A stretch of DNA of 63,148 nucleotides, counting the filler, from Conidiobolus incongruus B7586 (Eukaryota): assembly GCA_000697335.1 (NCBI GenBank). It is 31 parts of 31 records of this genome, joined end to end, with 100 filler letters (N's around TTAATTAATTAA, not from the genome) between each part and the next. Parts side by side here need not be neighbours in the genome. Positions count along the whole stretch, not along the records: positions 25,259 to 28,512 come from JNEM01005459.1; positions 28,613 to 29,832 come from JNEM01005462.1; positions 29,933 to 31,354 come from JNEM01005467.1; positions 31,455 to 33,089 come from JNEM01005469.1; positions 33,190 to 35,070 come from JNEM01005472.1; positions 35,171 to 36,537 come from JNEM01005473.1; positions 36,638 to 38,395 come from JNEM01005475.1; positions 38,496 to 40,129 come from JNEM01005476.1; 23 more parts are not named here. One strand, given 5' to 3'. A program made the position numbers and the translations under genes. Of this stretch, positions 27,950 to 41,691 are shown one piece after another. Every line of letters starts with the position of its first letter. Position 1 is the first letter of the stretch. The notes below the pieces were generated by a model, which saw only the letters and a list, made by a program, of their open reading frames with translations, was not told the DNA's origin and searched no databases.

Positions 27950-28729
27950 CATATTTCTCCTTAATATTTTATTAATCTTATACCTTATTGATTATTTATA
28001 TTTTAATTGATATTAAGCTGTAAAAAAAATATAAATATTATTTAAGAAAAACAAATATAACTAATTTGTTTAATAAATATATCTCTTATTTATATTATAT
28101 AAAATGCTATAAAGATTAATAGTTATATTTTGATAATTATATTTCAAACTTTAATATTATTTTTATTAAAATTCTTGTTTTAAAAGTATATTTTATTGTG
28201 AATTATATATTTAATTAAATTGATACAAATATTATAAATACATATCATTTTATTTCAAAATTATGAAAATTATAATATTTCAGTTATTTTAAAATTTTGA
28301 CATATTGATAAATATATTTATCATAATTAACATTGAATTAAAAAATCATTGTATCATTTTGACCTAATTTATTTACATTTTTATGAATAGAAATATAAAT
28401 ATTAATATATAAATTGATAATTCATTAAATTATTTAACAACCAATGTTAAATATATTAAATAAATAAATTTATATATATAATTTAATATTATGAATTATT
28501 TTCAGCAATTAANNNNNNNNNNNNNNNNNNNNNNNNNNNNNNNNNNNNNNNNNNNNTTAATTAATTAANNNNNNNNNNNNNNNNNNNNNNNNNNNNNNNN
28601 NNNNNNNNNNNNGATAATTATTACAAAATAAAATTTATTAAATTATAGCTAGAAATAAAGGATTTTATAATATTATTTTGTAATTTAAATAAATAAAAAT
28701 TTTTATAATTGAAAAAAATTAAATATTTT

Positions 28730-29832
28730 AATATATAAATAATAAAAATAAATATATAATATAGAATCAATTTTTTTTATTTTTAAAAACTTTTTGCCAT
28801 ACCTTTGGTAAAGTTCTAATACTCAAAAAATTATTCTTTTTATTACAGGCTAAAATTTGATATTTTATAAACTAATTAAATTTTTTTGCAAAATTTTTTC
28901 TCCTATAAATTAGTTTTTTAATTTATCTAAAACAATTAATATCACATTGGTTATAATCTAAGGAATATATTAAATATGATAATTTTTTCTATTTATTTTT
29001 GATTATAAAATTTTTTGTAACTTTAACCTTATATATTTTAAAATTATTATATAAAATAAAAGCTTTTTTTAAATTATTTTGACAATATTAATAAAAAATA
29101 GTTTGAATTAAAAAAGTAATATAAAGCTTTTTATTAATTGATTTTTCTTTAGGAACTAAATAAAAATAACATATATTAATATAAATCATAATAATAATCA
29201 ATAATTATTTATTTATATAATAATTATTTAAAGGAATTTATAAAAAGAATTAATTTAACTTAATCTAACATTTTGATTTAAAATTTGGTATAAAATTATA
29301 TAAAAAAATCTAAGATTCATTAATTATAATAATTTATTATAAAAGCCTTGGTTTCTGGCTATATCTTAATAAGTTTTTTTATCAATAGCTATTTTAGTTT
29401 TTTTTTAGCTTTAAATTCTAAAATACCTATTTTATAATTTTAATAATTATTTTTAATTTAAATTTTAATATATATAAAATACTAATATAGCTAATATTAA
29501 AATATTTTGACAATTCTCTAGCTAAAATAAAAGGGTATTTTTCAATATATTCTTTTATTTTATTATTTTTTAAAAAAATAACAATTAAAATAAATTTTTT
29601 AGATTTTAGCAAGTTTTGGATAATTTCTCTCCTAGCCTTAAAATAATATACATAATAATAATTATTAATTTAGATAATATTCTATTATTAAAAACTATTT
29701 GTAAATTTTAAATTTTTTTAGAGAGTTTATAATTTAATTTTATTAATACTAAAATAAAGACTTATAATGATTTTTATTTAGCTTAAATATAATTAAATTA
29801 AAAAACTAATTTTAAATAGATAATTTTTTAAT
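28730..29832 (-). mobile_element. Degenerate mariner element
   Basis: ORF 29427-29612 (KIKEYIEKYPFILARELSKYFNISYISIL) is the mutated second HTH of the transposase. The C-terminus LPKVWQKV is retained at ~28790-28815. Confidence 0.85.
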
Positions 29833-29932
29833 NNNNNNNNNNNNNNNNNNNNNNNNNNNNNNNNNNNNNNNNNNNNTTAATTAATTAANNNNNNNNNNNN
29901 NNNNNNNNNNNNNNNNNNNNNNNNNNNNNNNN

Positions 29933-30280
29933 ATAATTAATTATATTTCATTAACTATTAGTTAATATATTAAAGCCTAAAATTTAACCAAAATAAGTTA
30001 TAAAATTTCAAGTTTATAGATTAAAAGGATAAAATATCAAAATTTATATATTTTATATTTTTTTATAATATTAAATATATTATGATATTATTAACTTGAT
30101 ATTTTGTAATTTATAATAAATATTAAAGTTTTTTATTAAAAAGATTTATTTATATATTAATTAACCTTATAATAGAAATAAATCAATAAATAAAATTATA
30201 ATAATTATTAATATTAGCTAATTATTATTTAAATAATCAAAAAAAATTTTAAAAATATAGTTAAACTTAAACTAATATAT
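29933..30280 (+). mobile_element. Tc1 subfamily 2 5' fragment
   Basis: Contains the inner DR aaccaaaataagttataaaattt and the start of the transposase relic. Confidence 0.65.
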
Positions 30281-30284
30281 AATA

Positions 30285-31354
30285 AATTTTTTAGTTAAAA
30301 AATTAATTTTTTAAAATTGGTTGTTTAATTCAAATATACTTAAATTAAATAATAACTAACAAAATACTTTTATTTTAATATTAGTAAAGCTTAACCATAA
30401 ACCTTCTAAAATTATTTAAAATTTATAAGCAACACTTGGTAATAGAATATTATCTAAATCAATAATTTATTGCTAGATAATTAATCTTATAATTAAGAAA
30501 AAAACTACCTAAAACCTATTAAAATTTAAAAGACTAATTTTAACTATCATTTTTTTAACTATTAATAAAATAAAAAAACATATTGAAAAATATTCTTTTA
30601 TTTTAACTAGAGAATTATCAAAATATTTTAATATCAGTTATATAAGTATTCTATATATATATTATTGTTTATATTAAAAATAATTAATAAAAATATAAAA
30701 TAAATAATTTATAATTTAATTAAAACTTAAAATAAAACTAGAATAGTTATTGCTAAATAAATCTTAATAAGATATTACTAAAAACCAAAGATTTTATAAT
30801 AAATTATTGTAATTAATGAATCCTAAGCTCTTTTGTATAATTCTTTATCAAAACTTAATTCAAAGTGTTGGATTAAGCCAAATTTACCCCCTTTATAAAT
30901 TCCTTTAAATAAATATTTTATTGATAAGCAAATGTTAAATATTATATTAGATTATAATAATATATGTTATTTTTATTTAGTTTTTAAAAGAAAATCAATT
31001 AATAGTAAATTTTATATTTCTTTTTTAAATATAACTATTTCAAATTATTATTCTCAATATAATTTGAGATAACCTATTATTTTATAAGATAATTATAAAA
31101 TACATAAATCTAAAGTTATAGAAAACTGTTTAATTACAAATAACTAGAAAAAAATACCATATTTAATATATTCTTTAAATTATAACCTATGTGATTATAA
31201 TTGTATTAGGTAATTAAAAAACTAGCTTATAGGAAAGAAAATTTTTGCTAATAAATTTAATTGGTTTATAAAATATTAAATTTCAATCCTTAATAAAAAA
31301 TATTGTTTTTTAAGTATTAGAAGTTTATCAAAAACTTAACAAAAAGTTATTAAT
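30285..31354 (+). mobile_element. Degenerate mariner element with intact D34D spacing
   Basis: AAT GAA TCC TAA (DESW relic, ~30815). GAT at 31088 and GAT at 31193 are separated by 34 codons, in a PH..YSP.YNPCDY context. Confidence 0.88.
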
Positions 31355-31478
31355 NNNNNNNNNNNNNNNNNNNNNNNNNNNNNNNNNNNNNNNNNNNNTT
31401 AATTAATTAANNNNNNNNNNNNNNNNNNNNNNNNNNNNNNNNNNNNNNNNNNNNATCTTCAATATATATATATATATA

Positions 31479-33049
31479 TACTAACTTATAAAAATAAGTT
31501 ATAAAATTAAAAATATAAATATTTCAATTAATATCTTAATCAATTCTAATTTAAATAAATATATATTAAACTATGTAATTAATATATATTTTTGATTTAT
31601 AATATAATATATAAAGTTAAATTTAATTAATTATTAATTGATATATTAAAACTAAAAGTATATTTAAAATGAGTTATGAATTTATGGGTTTTAGTATTGA
31701 TAGAAAAATTAATATCTAGTATATCTATCTTTTGCTTTTCTAACTTCTTTAAATTTATAAGGTATAAAGTCAATTAGCTTCTTATATTAAGTAAAACTAA
31801 TATTATTCTAAGCTTCTTAAATATTCTCCTAAAGTTGATTTAAATTTTTTGCTAGAGGGAAAGTTTTAATTAATTTTTTAATTAATCTTAAAAAAATTTA
31901 ATTAGGTTAAAATTAAAAGATTAAAAAGGTTATTTTATAATAGTTATTTTATTATTTTTAAGCTATTTAATAGTAGAATTTATAGTATAATAAAATATAT
32001 TATCTTGTTAAAAAATAATATTTAATTTATTTAACCTATATCACTAAATAATTTTTTAATTTATTGTTTAAAATGCTTTAATATATTTTAACATTAATTC
32101 CCTCATCAACCCTATAAAAATACCCTATACCTAAAGATAATATATAACTTTAAATTATAATTAACCTATTATTATATCTTTAGGTTTAATAATATAATAG
32201 TTATAAAGTAGTTTTTTATCTGTTTTGAAATATCTAGCTTTTTTATTAGATTTATTAAAATATATCTTTATTTCATTAAACTAAATATCTTTACTTTAAT
32301 TAGTTTTAGTTCAACTTTAATGTTGATATTTAAACTCTTATTTAACCTTATAATAAAACTTTTTTAATTGGGGGTGTTTTTTCTTAAGGTGTAAATGGTA
32401 CCTATTCTAATATAAAGCATGTATAATAATATTAATACTAACTAATATTTTTGTATAATCTTATAATTCTTGTAATTCTTGTTATATTTTTATAATAGTA
32501 CTATACTTACTTATACTAACTAATCTACAAATATATTTTTCATCATGCTTATCTATAATTTTAATACACTTAAGTTTTAATTAAGTGTTTTTTTTAATAT
32601 TATTCTTAATAACCTTAGCTATAGTAAATTAACTAACACTAGTAATTCTAGCAATCTCATAAATTGATTTATTTTTATTATAAAGTTAATTAATATGTAA
32701 ATAAACTTTTTTAGAGAGAGATTTAAGTATTATAATATTAATTTTAAAATATTAGCTTAATAGTTTTATAATATATATAATATAACAAAATATATATATA
32801 TATATATATAAGTTTTATTATTTATACCCCTTTAATATATAAACCTACAAATTTATAACTCATTTTGGTTAAATTTTAGGTTTTGATATATTAACCAATA
32901 GTGAATGAAATATAATCAAATATAGTAGTTATAATCAACTAATATAGGTAAACTATATATTTTAATTTAAATTTATTTAATTAAGAATTGTTTAAAATAT
33001 AAGTAAATATATAAATAATTTTGATTTTATGACTCACTTTTGCAGGTTA

Positions 33050-33052
<3 letters not shown>
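31479..33052 (-). mobile_element. Full-length degenerate Tc1, subfamily 2, inserted in a (TA)n tract
   Basis: Both TIRs are present (tactaacttataaaaataagttataaaatt / gattttatgactcacttttgcaggttagta). TA repeats occur on both flanks. Confidence 0.92.
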
Positions 33053-33085
<33 letters not shown>

Positions 33086-35189
33086 TTTTNNNNNNNNNNN
33101 NNNNNNNNNNNNNNNNNNNNNNNNNNNNNNNNNTTAATTAATTAANNNNNNNNNNNNNNNNNNNNNNNNNNNNNNNNNNNNNNNNNNNNTAAATTAATCA
33201 AATATTATTTTTTTAAATAATTTATCCCATTATATTATATTACAATTTTAGTTTTAAATTATGAATATTACTTTATTTTATAAATGATGAAAATTTCAAA
33301 AATTCCGTATATATTTCTTTGATTTACTTATTTTTTTATATTAATTTCAATATAAGTAATAGTTAATAATATTCATATAGTAATATTTTTACATTACAAA
33401 ACTTAAAAATTTTAAATAATTAATTCAAAAAAATTTAAATATAGTTTGATTTATTATTAATAAGAGCATTGAGATTCATTATATTTTATAATATAAAAAA
33501 ATTAATTCAATTTGTAATATAAAATTATATTAATATTATGAATATTAAATATATATAAATATTTAATAACATAATAAAATAATATATTGACAAATAAAAT
33601 AATTATTATACATATTAAGTTTGTTTTTTAATTTTTAATTTCTAATTTCTAATTCATTCAAATCAAATGCTGATTGAATAATTATTAAATACTTTAGTAT
33701 TAATAAATTAGGTTTATTTTCATAAAAGATTTTCTAAAAGATATTTTATACAAAATGTTTAATATTTATTTCGTATATTAAATTTTTGTTAAAATTATTA
33801 TTATTGAAAATAATTTGTGAATTCACAATGATGAAAATTTATAAGTAAAAATTAAAATTAATAACAAATTTCTAAAAGTACTTTAACCATTTAACTTATT
33901 TGTATTAAGTTGTTAAAAATTAGTTATATATTTATACTTCAAATATAATAATGTCAATTATATAATGCAAAACAATATTACAAACAATAAATTTACTTTC
34001 ATTTAATTTATGAATTTTAACAAATTGATATTATATTTATAAAATTTTATATAAAGTATATAATTTTTTAATTTTTTTGGAGATTTGGTTTTATATTACT
34101 TTATAATTCAAATAATAATCAAATATTAAAAAAATAGTGTATTAAATAAGAAACAAACTGAAATGTTGTTCATAATCAAAAATTTCAAATAATCATTAAT
34201 ATTAATATTATCTTTAAAATATAATTGATATACACTATGTAATTAGGATTCCATATATATTTTATTTGGTAACAAAATATAATTGTTTATATTAAATTTA
34301 ATTAAAATTTAGTAAATATAATATAAAGTTCAATATTAATAATAAATTGAGGAATTTCGAATTAATAATAATAAAATAATTTTAGATTTATATATCTTAT
34401 TCATTCTTATATTTTACAATTAAAAATCAAAATCAATTTTGAAATTTATGATAAATGCAGAGGTAAAATACTTAAATTTAATTTGAATTTATTAACATAA
34501 TTTATTTCATAATTATAATTTATAATTGGATATTTGATTTTCAGAATTAAAATGTATTAAACAAAATTATAAAATATTATTATATATTCCAAGTCAATAA
34601 TTGCATATTAAATCAATAAATTTCAAATTATTTATCATTAATTTATTATTAAAATTATATTATATTATTTTAAAAATGATTTGTTAAATTATATATATAT
34701 ATAAATTTATATCCATAACAAATCAAATCATTTTTGGTATTAATTTTATTAATTATATCATTATTATTGGTTAAAAGCAACAAACTTTAAATAATAATTT
34801 AATTATTTTGAAAATATTACAATTTTGTACTATATATAAAAATATATATAAATCTATATTTATATTCATTCATGATTTTATAAATATGATTTTTTCAATA
34901 ATAACAATATAAAAGATTTTTCGGTCAAATATTAAAAGAATAATATATATATATATATTTATATATTTTAATGCAATATTTAATATTAACAATTTATAAT
35001 TAAATCATCTTGTAATATTTTATTAATTTCAATATAATATATGTAATTTTCTTTCAATTATCATATTTATNNNNNNNNNNNNNNNNNNNNNNNNNNNNNN
35101 NNNNNNNNNNNNNNTTAATTAATTAANNNNNNNNNNNNNNNNNNNNNNNNNNNNNNNNNNNNNNNNNNNNAAAACAAATAAATATTTTA

Positions 35190-36350
35190 ATTTAAAATAA
35201 AAATATATATATATATAATATAAAATTGATAATTATTTTATTTTTAATAACTGTTTATTATATTATTAATATAGTTCTAATACTTAAAAAATAATTCTTT
35301 TTAATAAAGATTAAAATTGATATTTTATAAACTAATTAAATTTTTTATAGAAATTTTATTTCTTATAAACTAGTTTTTTAAGTGCTTAAAATAATAATAA
35401 TCACATAGGTTATAATTTAAGGATTTTGATAGATATAGTAGTTTTTTCCAGTTATTTTTAATTTTAAAGTTTTTTACAACTTTAAATTTATTTATTTTAT
35501 AATTATCTTGTAAAATAATAGGTTTTCTCAAATTATATTCAAAATACTAATTAGAAATAATTTTATTTAAAAAAGTAATATCAAGTTTACTATTAATTGA
35601 TTTTTCTTTAAAAATTAAATAAAAATATCAAATCATATTATAATTTATTAAAATAACTAATATTTATTCATCAATTTAGTATTTATTTAAAATAATTTAT
35701 AAAAAGGGTTAATTTAACTCAAACTAATATCTTGATTTAAATTTTAATAAAGGACTATATAAAAAAATCTAAAATTTATTAATAATAATAAATCATTTTA
35801 AAAACCTTAGTTTCTAGCTATACCTTAGCAAGTTTTATTTAATAATAGGTATTTTAGCTTTTTTTAAGCTTTAGTTAAATTATAAAATATTTATTATATA
35901 TTTTTATTCATTAATTATAATTTATATTTTAATTTGTATAAAATACTTATATAGGTAATATTAAAGAATTTTGATATTATTTTACCAAAAATAGATACCC
36001 TTTAATATACTTTTTCATTTTATTTACAATTGAAAGATTAATAGCTAAAATTGATATACTAAGTTTTAATAGGTTTTAAATAGTTATATTTATCATTTTA
36101 AAATAATTTACCTATTAAAATATTGTAAATTTAAATAATAATTTATTATTAAAAGCTATTGATATTTTTTAAATGATTATATAAGGTTATTAATTTATTT
36201 TTACTAATATTAAAATAAAAAACTTTTAATAATTACTATTTAGTTTAAATATAAGTGAATTATATAGCTTATTTTGAAAAATTATTTTTTTAATTAAAAA
36301 AAATAATATATATATTACTAAACTATATATTTATTTATTTATTTTTTATA
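35190..36350 (-). mobile_element. Degenerate mariner element
   Basis: Reverse complement contains AAC TGG AAA AAA CTA ... TAT AAC CTA TGT GAT TAT (NW.K..HP..SP.YNPCDY). Confidence 0.83.
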
Positions 36351-36429
36351 TATTATTTTATTTAAAAATAATAATAATATTGAATAATCATTAATAGAAA
36401 ATTTATCATTATTTTAATTAAATTAAAAA

Positions 36430-36537
36430 AATTTATTTTGGTCAATTTTAGTTTAATTTTAATAATGACATTTAAAATTTTATTTAACTTATAATAAAAT
36501 TTTCTTAATTCAGGGTGTTTTTTTAAAGTATAAATAA
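36430..36537 (-). mobile_element. Tc1 internal fragment
   Basis: Contains the agggtgtttttttaaag (KKKHP) landmark in reverse. Confidence 0.6.
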
Positions 36538-36637
36538 NNNNNNNNNNNNNNNNNNNNNNNNNNNNNNNNNNNNNNNNNNNNTTAATTAATTAANNNNNNN
36601 NNNNNNNNNNNNNNNNNNNNNNNNNNNNNNNNNNNNN

Positions 36638-36936
36638 AAAAATATCTATAATTAAAAAAGTCTTATTATAAAATCAAATATAAATTTCAATGTCAATATT
36701 AAAATTAAATAGACATTAATTATAGTAAAATTATTTAATTTAATAAAACAAAGATATATTTTAATAAATTTAATAAAAAAATTAAATATTAAAAAATAGG
36801 TAAAAAATTATTATTTAACTATTATGCTATTATAACTTAAAAATATAATATAAAATTAATTATAATTTAAGGATATATATTTTTTTTAAATATAAAATAT
36901 CTTTATTAAGTTAATAAGGGAGTCAATATCAAAATA
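36638..36936 (+). mobile_element. Tc1 fragment, host of a nested Tc1
   Basis: The transposase relic runs to the GGIN.E motif and stops at TA 36935-36936. Confidence 0.75.
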
Positions 36937-38395
36937 CACTAGCTTGCAAAAATGAGTTATAAAACTAAAAATATATATATATTTCTATGAATATCTTAAT
37001 CAATTCTAATTTTAATAAACTTGTATTAAACTATATAATTAATATATATTTTTTATTTATAATATAATATATATAGTTAAATTTAATTAATTATTAATTG
37101 ATATATTAATATTAAAAGTATACTAAAGGTGAGTTATAAATTTACAAGTTTTAATATTAATAGAAAAATTAATATTTAGTATATCTATCTTTTGCTTTTC
37201 TAACTTCTTTAAGTTTATAGGGTGTAAAGTCAACTAGTTTCTTATATTAAACAAAACTAATATTATTCTAAGCTTCTTCAATATACTTTCAAAGTTAATT
37301 TAAATTTTTTGTTAGGGGGAAAGCTTTAATTAATTTTTTTAATTGATCCTAAAGATATTTAATTAGGTTAAAATTAAACAATTAAGGAGATTATTTCATA
37401 ATAGCTATATTTGCTATTTTCAAACTATTTAATAATAGAATTTATAGAATAATTAGGTATATTATCTTGTTAAAAATAATATTTAATTTTAATTCATATT
37501 ACTCAATAGTTTTTTTTTAATTTATTATTTAAAATACTTTAATATATCTCAGCATTAATTCTTTTATTAACCTTATAAAGATACCCTACACCTAAAAATA
37601 ACATATATCCTTAAACTATAATTAACCTACTATTGTATTTTTAGGTTATTATAATATAACAGTTATAAAGTAATTTTTTATCTTTATTAAAATATCTAAT
37701 TCTTTTTTAGATTTATTATGATATATCTTTATTTTATTAAACTAAATAACTTTACTCTAGTTAGTTTTAATTTAATTTTAGTGTTAATATTTAAACTCCC
37801 AATTAACTTTACAATAAAACTTCTTTAGTTAAAGGTGTTTTTTCTTAAAGTATGAGTAATATTTATTTTAATGTAAAGCATGTATAATAATATTAGTACT
37901 AATTAATATTTTTATATAGTCTTATAATTCTTGTTATACTTTTATAGTAATATTATAATTACCTATACTAACTAATTTATAAATATACTTTTTATCAAGT
38001 TTATCTATAATTTCAACACATTTAAGTTTTAATTTAAGTGTTTTTTTAGTATTGTTCTTAATAACCCTAGCTATAGTAAATTAGTTAAAACTAGTAATTC
38101 TAATAATCTTACAAATTGATTTATTTTTATTATAAAATTAATTAATTTATAAATAAACTTTTTTAAAGAGAGATTTAGGTATTATAATATTAATTTTAAA
38201 ATATTAACTTAATAGTTTTATAATATATATAATTTAATAAAAAAAAAGATATATATAAGTTTTGTTATTTATACCCCCTTAACTTATATACCCATAAATT
38301 TATAAGTCATCTTGGTTAAATTTTAAGTTTTTATATATTAACCAATAGTTAATAAAATATAATCAAATATAATTAATTATAATCAACTAATATAG
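36937..38395 (-). mobile_element. Tc1 subfamily 2 copy nested in another Tc1
   Basis: Starts cactagcttgcaaaaatgagttataaaac after TA. Truncated by the gap. Confidence 0.88.
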
Positions 38396-38495
38396 NNNNN
38401 NNNNNNNNNNNNNNNNNNNNNNNNNNNNNNNNNNNNNNNTTAATTAATTAANNNNNNNNNNNNNNNNNNNNNNNNNNNNNNNNNNNNNNNNNNNN

Positions 38496-38743
38496 AAAAA
38501 AAATAAATCAACTTGTAATATAATTAGAATTACTAATGTTAGCTAGTTTACTATAGTTAAAGCTATTATAATAGCAATTAAGATATATTTAAACTTAAAC
38601 TTAAATATATCAAAATTATAGATAGATATAATAAAAAATATATTTATAAGTTAATTAATATAAGTAAATGTAATATTATTGTAGAAATATAATAAGAGCT
38701 ATAACACTATATATAAATATTAGTTAATACTAATATTATTATA
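38496..38743 (+). mobile_element. Tc1 fragment, host of a nested Tc1
   Basis: N-terminal transposase relic ending at TA 38742-38743. Confidence 0.75.
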
Positions 38744-40129
38744 TACTAACCTATAAAAATAAGTTATATAATCCAAAATATATATATTATAATTAATAAC
38801 TACAATAATTATATATATTAAATTAATTGAAATTATAATATATAATTAAGATATATTATTTGATAATAAATAAATATATTTAGATATATTTGGTAAACTA
38901 TTAGCAAAAATATTAACCCTTAATATTTAACTGAGGTGAGTTATAAATTTGTAGGTTTTTAAGATAAAAGGATATATTTAATAATATATAACTATATTTT
39001 TTTCCTTTTTGTTATTATTCTATATAATAATTTATAGATATACTAAATTTTTTTATTAGTATTATTATACTTAAATCCCTCTCTAAAAAAATCTATTTAT
39101 ATTTTAATTAATTTATAAAAAAAATAAATCAACTTATGATATTATTAGAATTACTAGTTTTAGTTAATTTACTATAGTTAAAATTATTAAGAATAATAAT
39201 AAAAACATATTTAAACTTAAACTTAAGTTTGTTAAGATTATAAATAAATATAATGAGAAGTATATTTATAGGTTGGTTAATATAAGTAAGTATAATATTA
39301 TTATAAAAATATAGCAAGAATTATAAACTATATAAGAATAATAGTTAGCACTAATATTATTATATATCTTTTATATTAACTTAAATATCACTTATATTTT
39401 AAAAAAAACCCCCAACTAAAAAAATCCTATTATAAAGTTACATAAAGATTTAAATATTACTACTAATATTAAACTAAAATTAATTAGAATAAGGCTATTT
39501 AATTTAATAAAACAAAAATATATTTTAGTAAATTTAATAAAAAAACTAAATACTTTAAAAATGATATAGAATTACTCTATAACTATTATATTAATTTTAT
39601 CTAAAAATAAAATGATAGGATAATTAATATTTAAGAATATATATTATCTTTAGATATAAAGTATCTTTATAAAGTTATTAGGGGGATTAATACTAAGATA
39701 TATTATAGTATTTTAACAAATAAATTAAAAAAACCATTAAATAATATTAGTTATATATATTTTTTATTATTTTCTAATATAATAATACCTCTTATTATAT
39801 AATATCTTTTGTTATTAAATAGCTTAAAAATAACAAGATAATAGCTATAAAGTAGCTTTTTCAATCTTTTAACTTTAACTTAATTAAACACCTTTAAAAT
39901 TAGTTAAAGAAAGTTATTAAAGTTTTCCCCCTAACAAAAGATTTAAATCAACTTTAAGAATATATTTAAGAAGTATAAAATAAGATTATTTTTTTAATAT
40001 AAAAAGTTAATTGATTTTATATCTTACAAACTTAAAAAAGTTAAAAAAGTTAAAGGTAGATATATTAAGATTTAATTTTTTTATTAACAAAAACCTATAA
40101 ATTTATAACTTACTTTAAATAAAATTTAA
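38744..40129 (+). mobile_element. Tc1 subfamily 1 copy nested in another Tc1
   Basis: TIR tactaacctataaaaataagttata and inner DR gaggtgagttataaatttgtagg are present, followed by the full transposase relic. Confidence 0.88.
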
Positions 40130-41691
40130 NNNNNNNNNNNNNNNNNNNNNNNNNNNNNNNNNNNNNNNNNNNNTTAATTAATTAANNNNNNNNNNNNNNN
40201 NNNNNNNNNNNNNNNNNNNNNNNNNNNNNTATTTAATAATAAATTAATTATATCTCAACTAATAATATTGGATTATAATTGTATATTAAAATTCTTAATA
40301 TTATTAAAAGATATATATATATATATTATAAAACCAAATTAATATAAAAATAGTAAGTTATTATTATAATACTTTTATATTAAGCTTTTAATTGCATTAA
40401 TTTATTTATTTTATAAAATTATTAAAATTAAAATATCAAAATTATTTTATAAATTATTTAAATATTGTATTTTATATGTTATTTTATTATTAAAAATTTA
40501 ATTAATTTTAATCTATTGAATAAAGCAAAATATATAAACATAGCATATTTAATGAATAAATTCATTAATTTGAATTTATATTACATTTAACAAAAAATTT
40601 TTGTTATTCGTTTGAATAATTATTTAAATTTGATTTTAATATAAAAGTTTAATCAATTATTTAATTACTTCCCATCCAAAACAATATTATTAATACAAAA
40701 CATATTGTTAGATTGAATTTTTTAAGTTTTAACAAGTACTATATATTTAATTCAATGGTTGAATATAATAATATTTAGTGACATTAACCCATTTGAATTA
40801 GAATAATCTGGTCAATATTTATTATATGTAACAATAAGTATATTGAATGTTGAGTACTCTTTAATAAAATTATTAGATAATAATATATATTGATGATTTT
40901 TTTATAATAGTATGAAGAATTAATATTAATAAACTTATATTATAATTTTACATATCAATCCCAATTGCAAAAAATAAAAAATTATTTGATTAATTGATAA
41001 ATAGGATATTCAAATAATAATTAGGAGTATATTAAATAGTCATTCTATCTTTTTACAGCTAAACCAAACTTTTTCATTATAAGTCTAAGGATTTTATGAA
41101 TATATAAGACAGGACTAAATCCTTAACTTAATTAATCTTTTAGGTTAACCAAATTTAGTTTCAATGAAAATATTATTTTGTAATATTTCATTTCAAATAA
41201 ACTTTAATTTTAAATAGATATTAGTACTAAGTTGATGGAAATATTTCAGTTTGTATCCTTTGGAACCATATAATTGATAAAAAACATATAATTATAATTA
41301 ATTTTTTGCCCTATGATATCTAAGTAAATATGAATTAATTAGAATTGGAAGCTAATATTTTTCATGTGCTTGACTTTGGTGGGAAATATTTCAAAATAAG
41401 TTATTTTCATTGTTGCATTGTGCAAATATTCAGGGTTTATATCACAACACATTTATTTTGAAAATGCCCATATGGCACCTGATGATGAAATCATTAGCGA
41501 TTATCATAAACATGCATTATTAAAAGATTATAAGTTTGAAATAATTTACAACATTATTTTTGAAATTTTAATTTGTACAACAAGCACTTGTTCATAACGT
41601 TTAAACCCTAATAAGCGATCTGAATTAATTAATTTATTTAAACTGCGAATATAAACAAGCTATATGGTTATATAGCGTAAATGGTAATTAG

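Noticed and set aside
39129..39317. Small AT-rich ORFs (also 19894-20088, 44619-44804, 53741-53935)
   Set aside because: Chance I/N/K/Y/F-rich frames. Two lie within Tc1 relics and one runs into an N gap.
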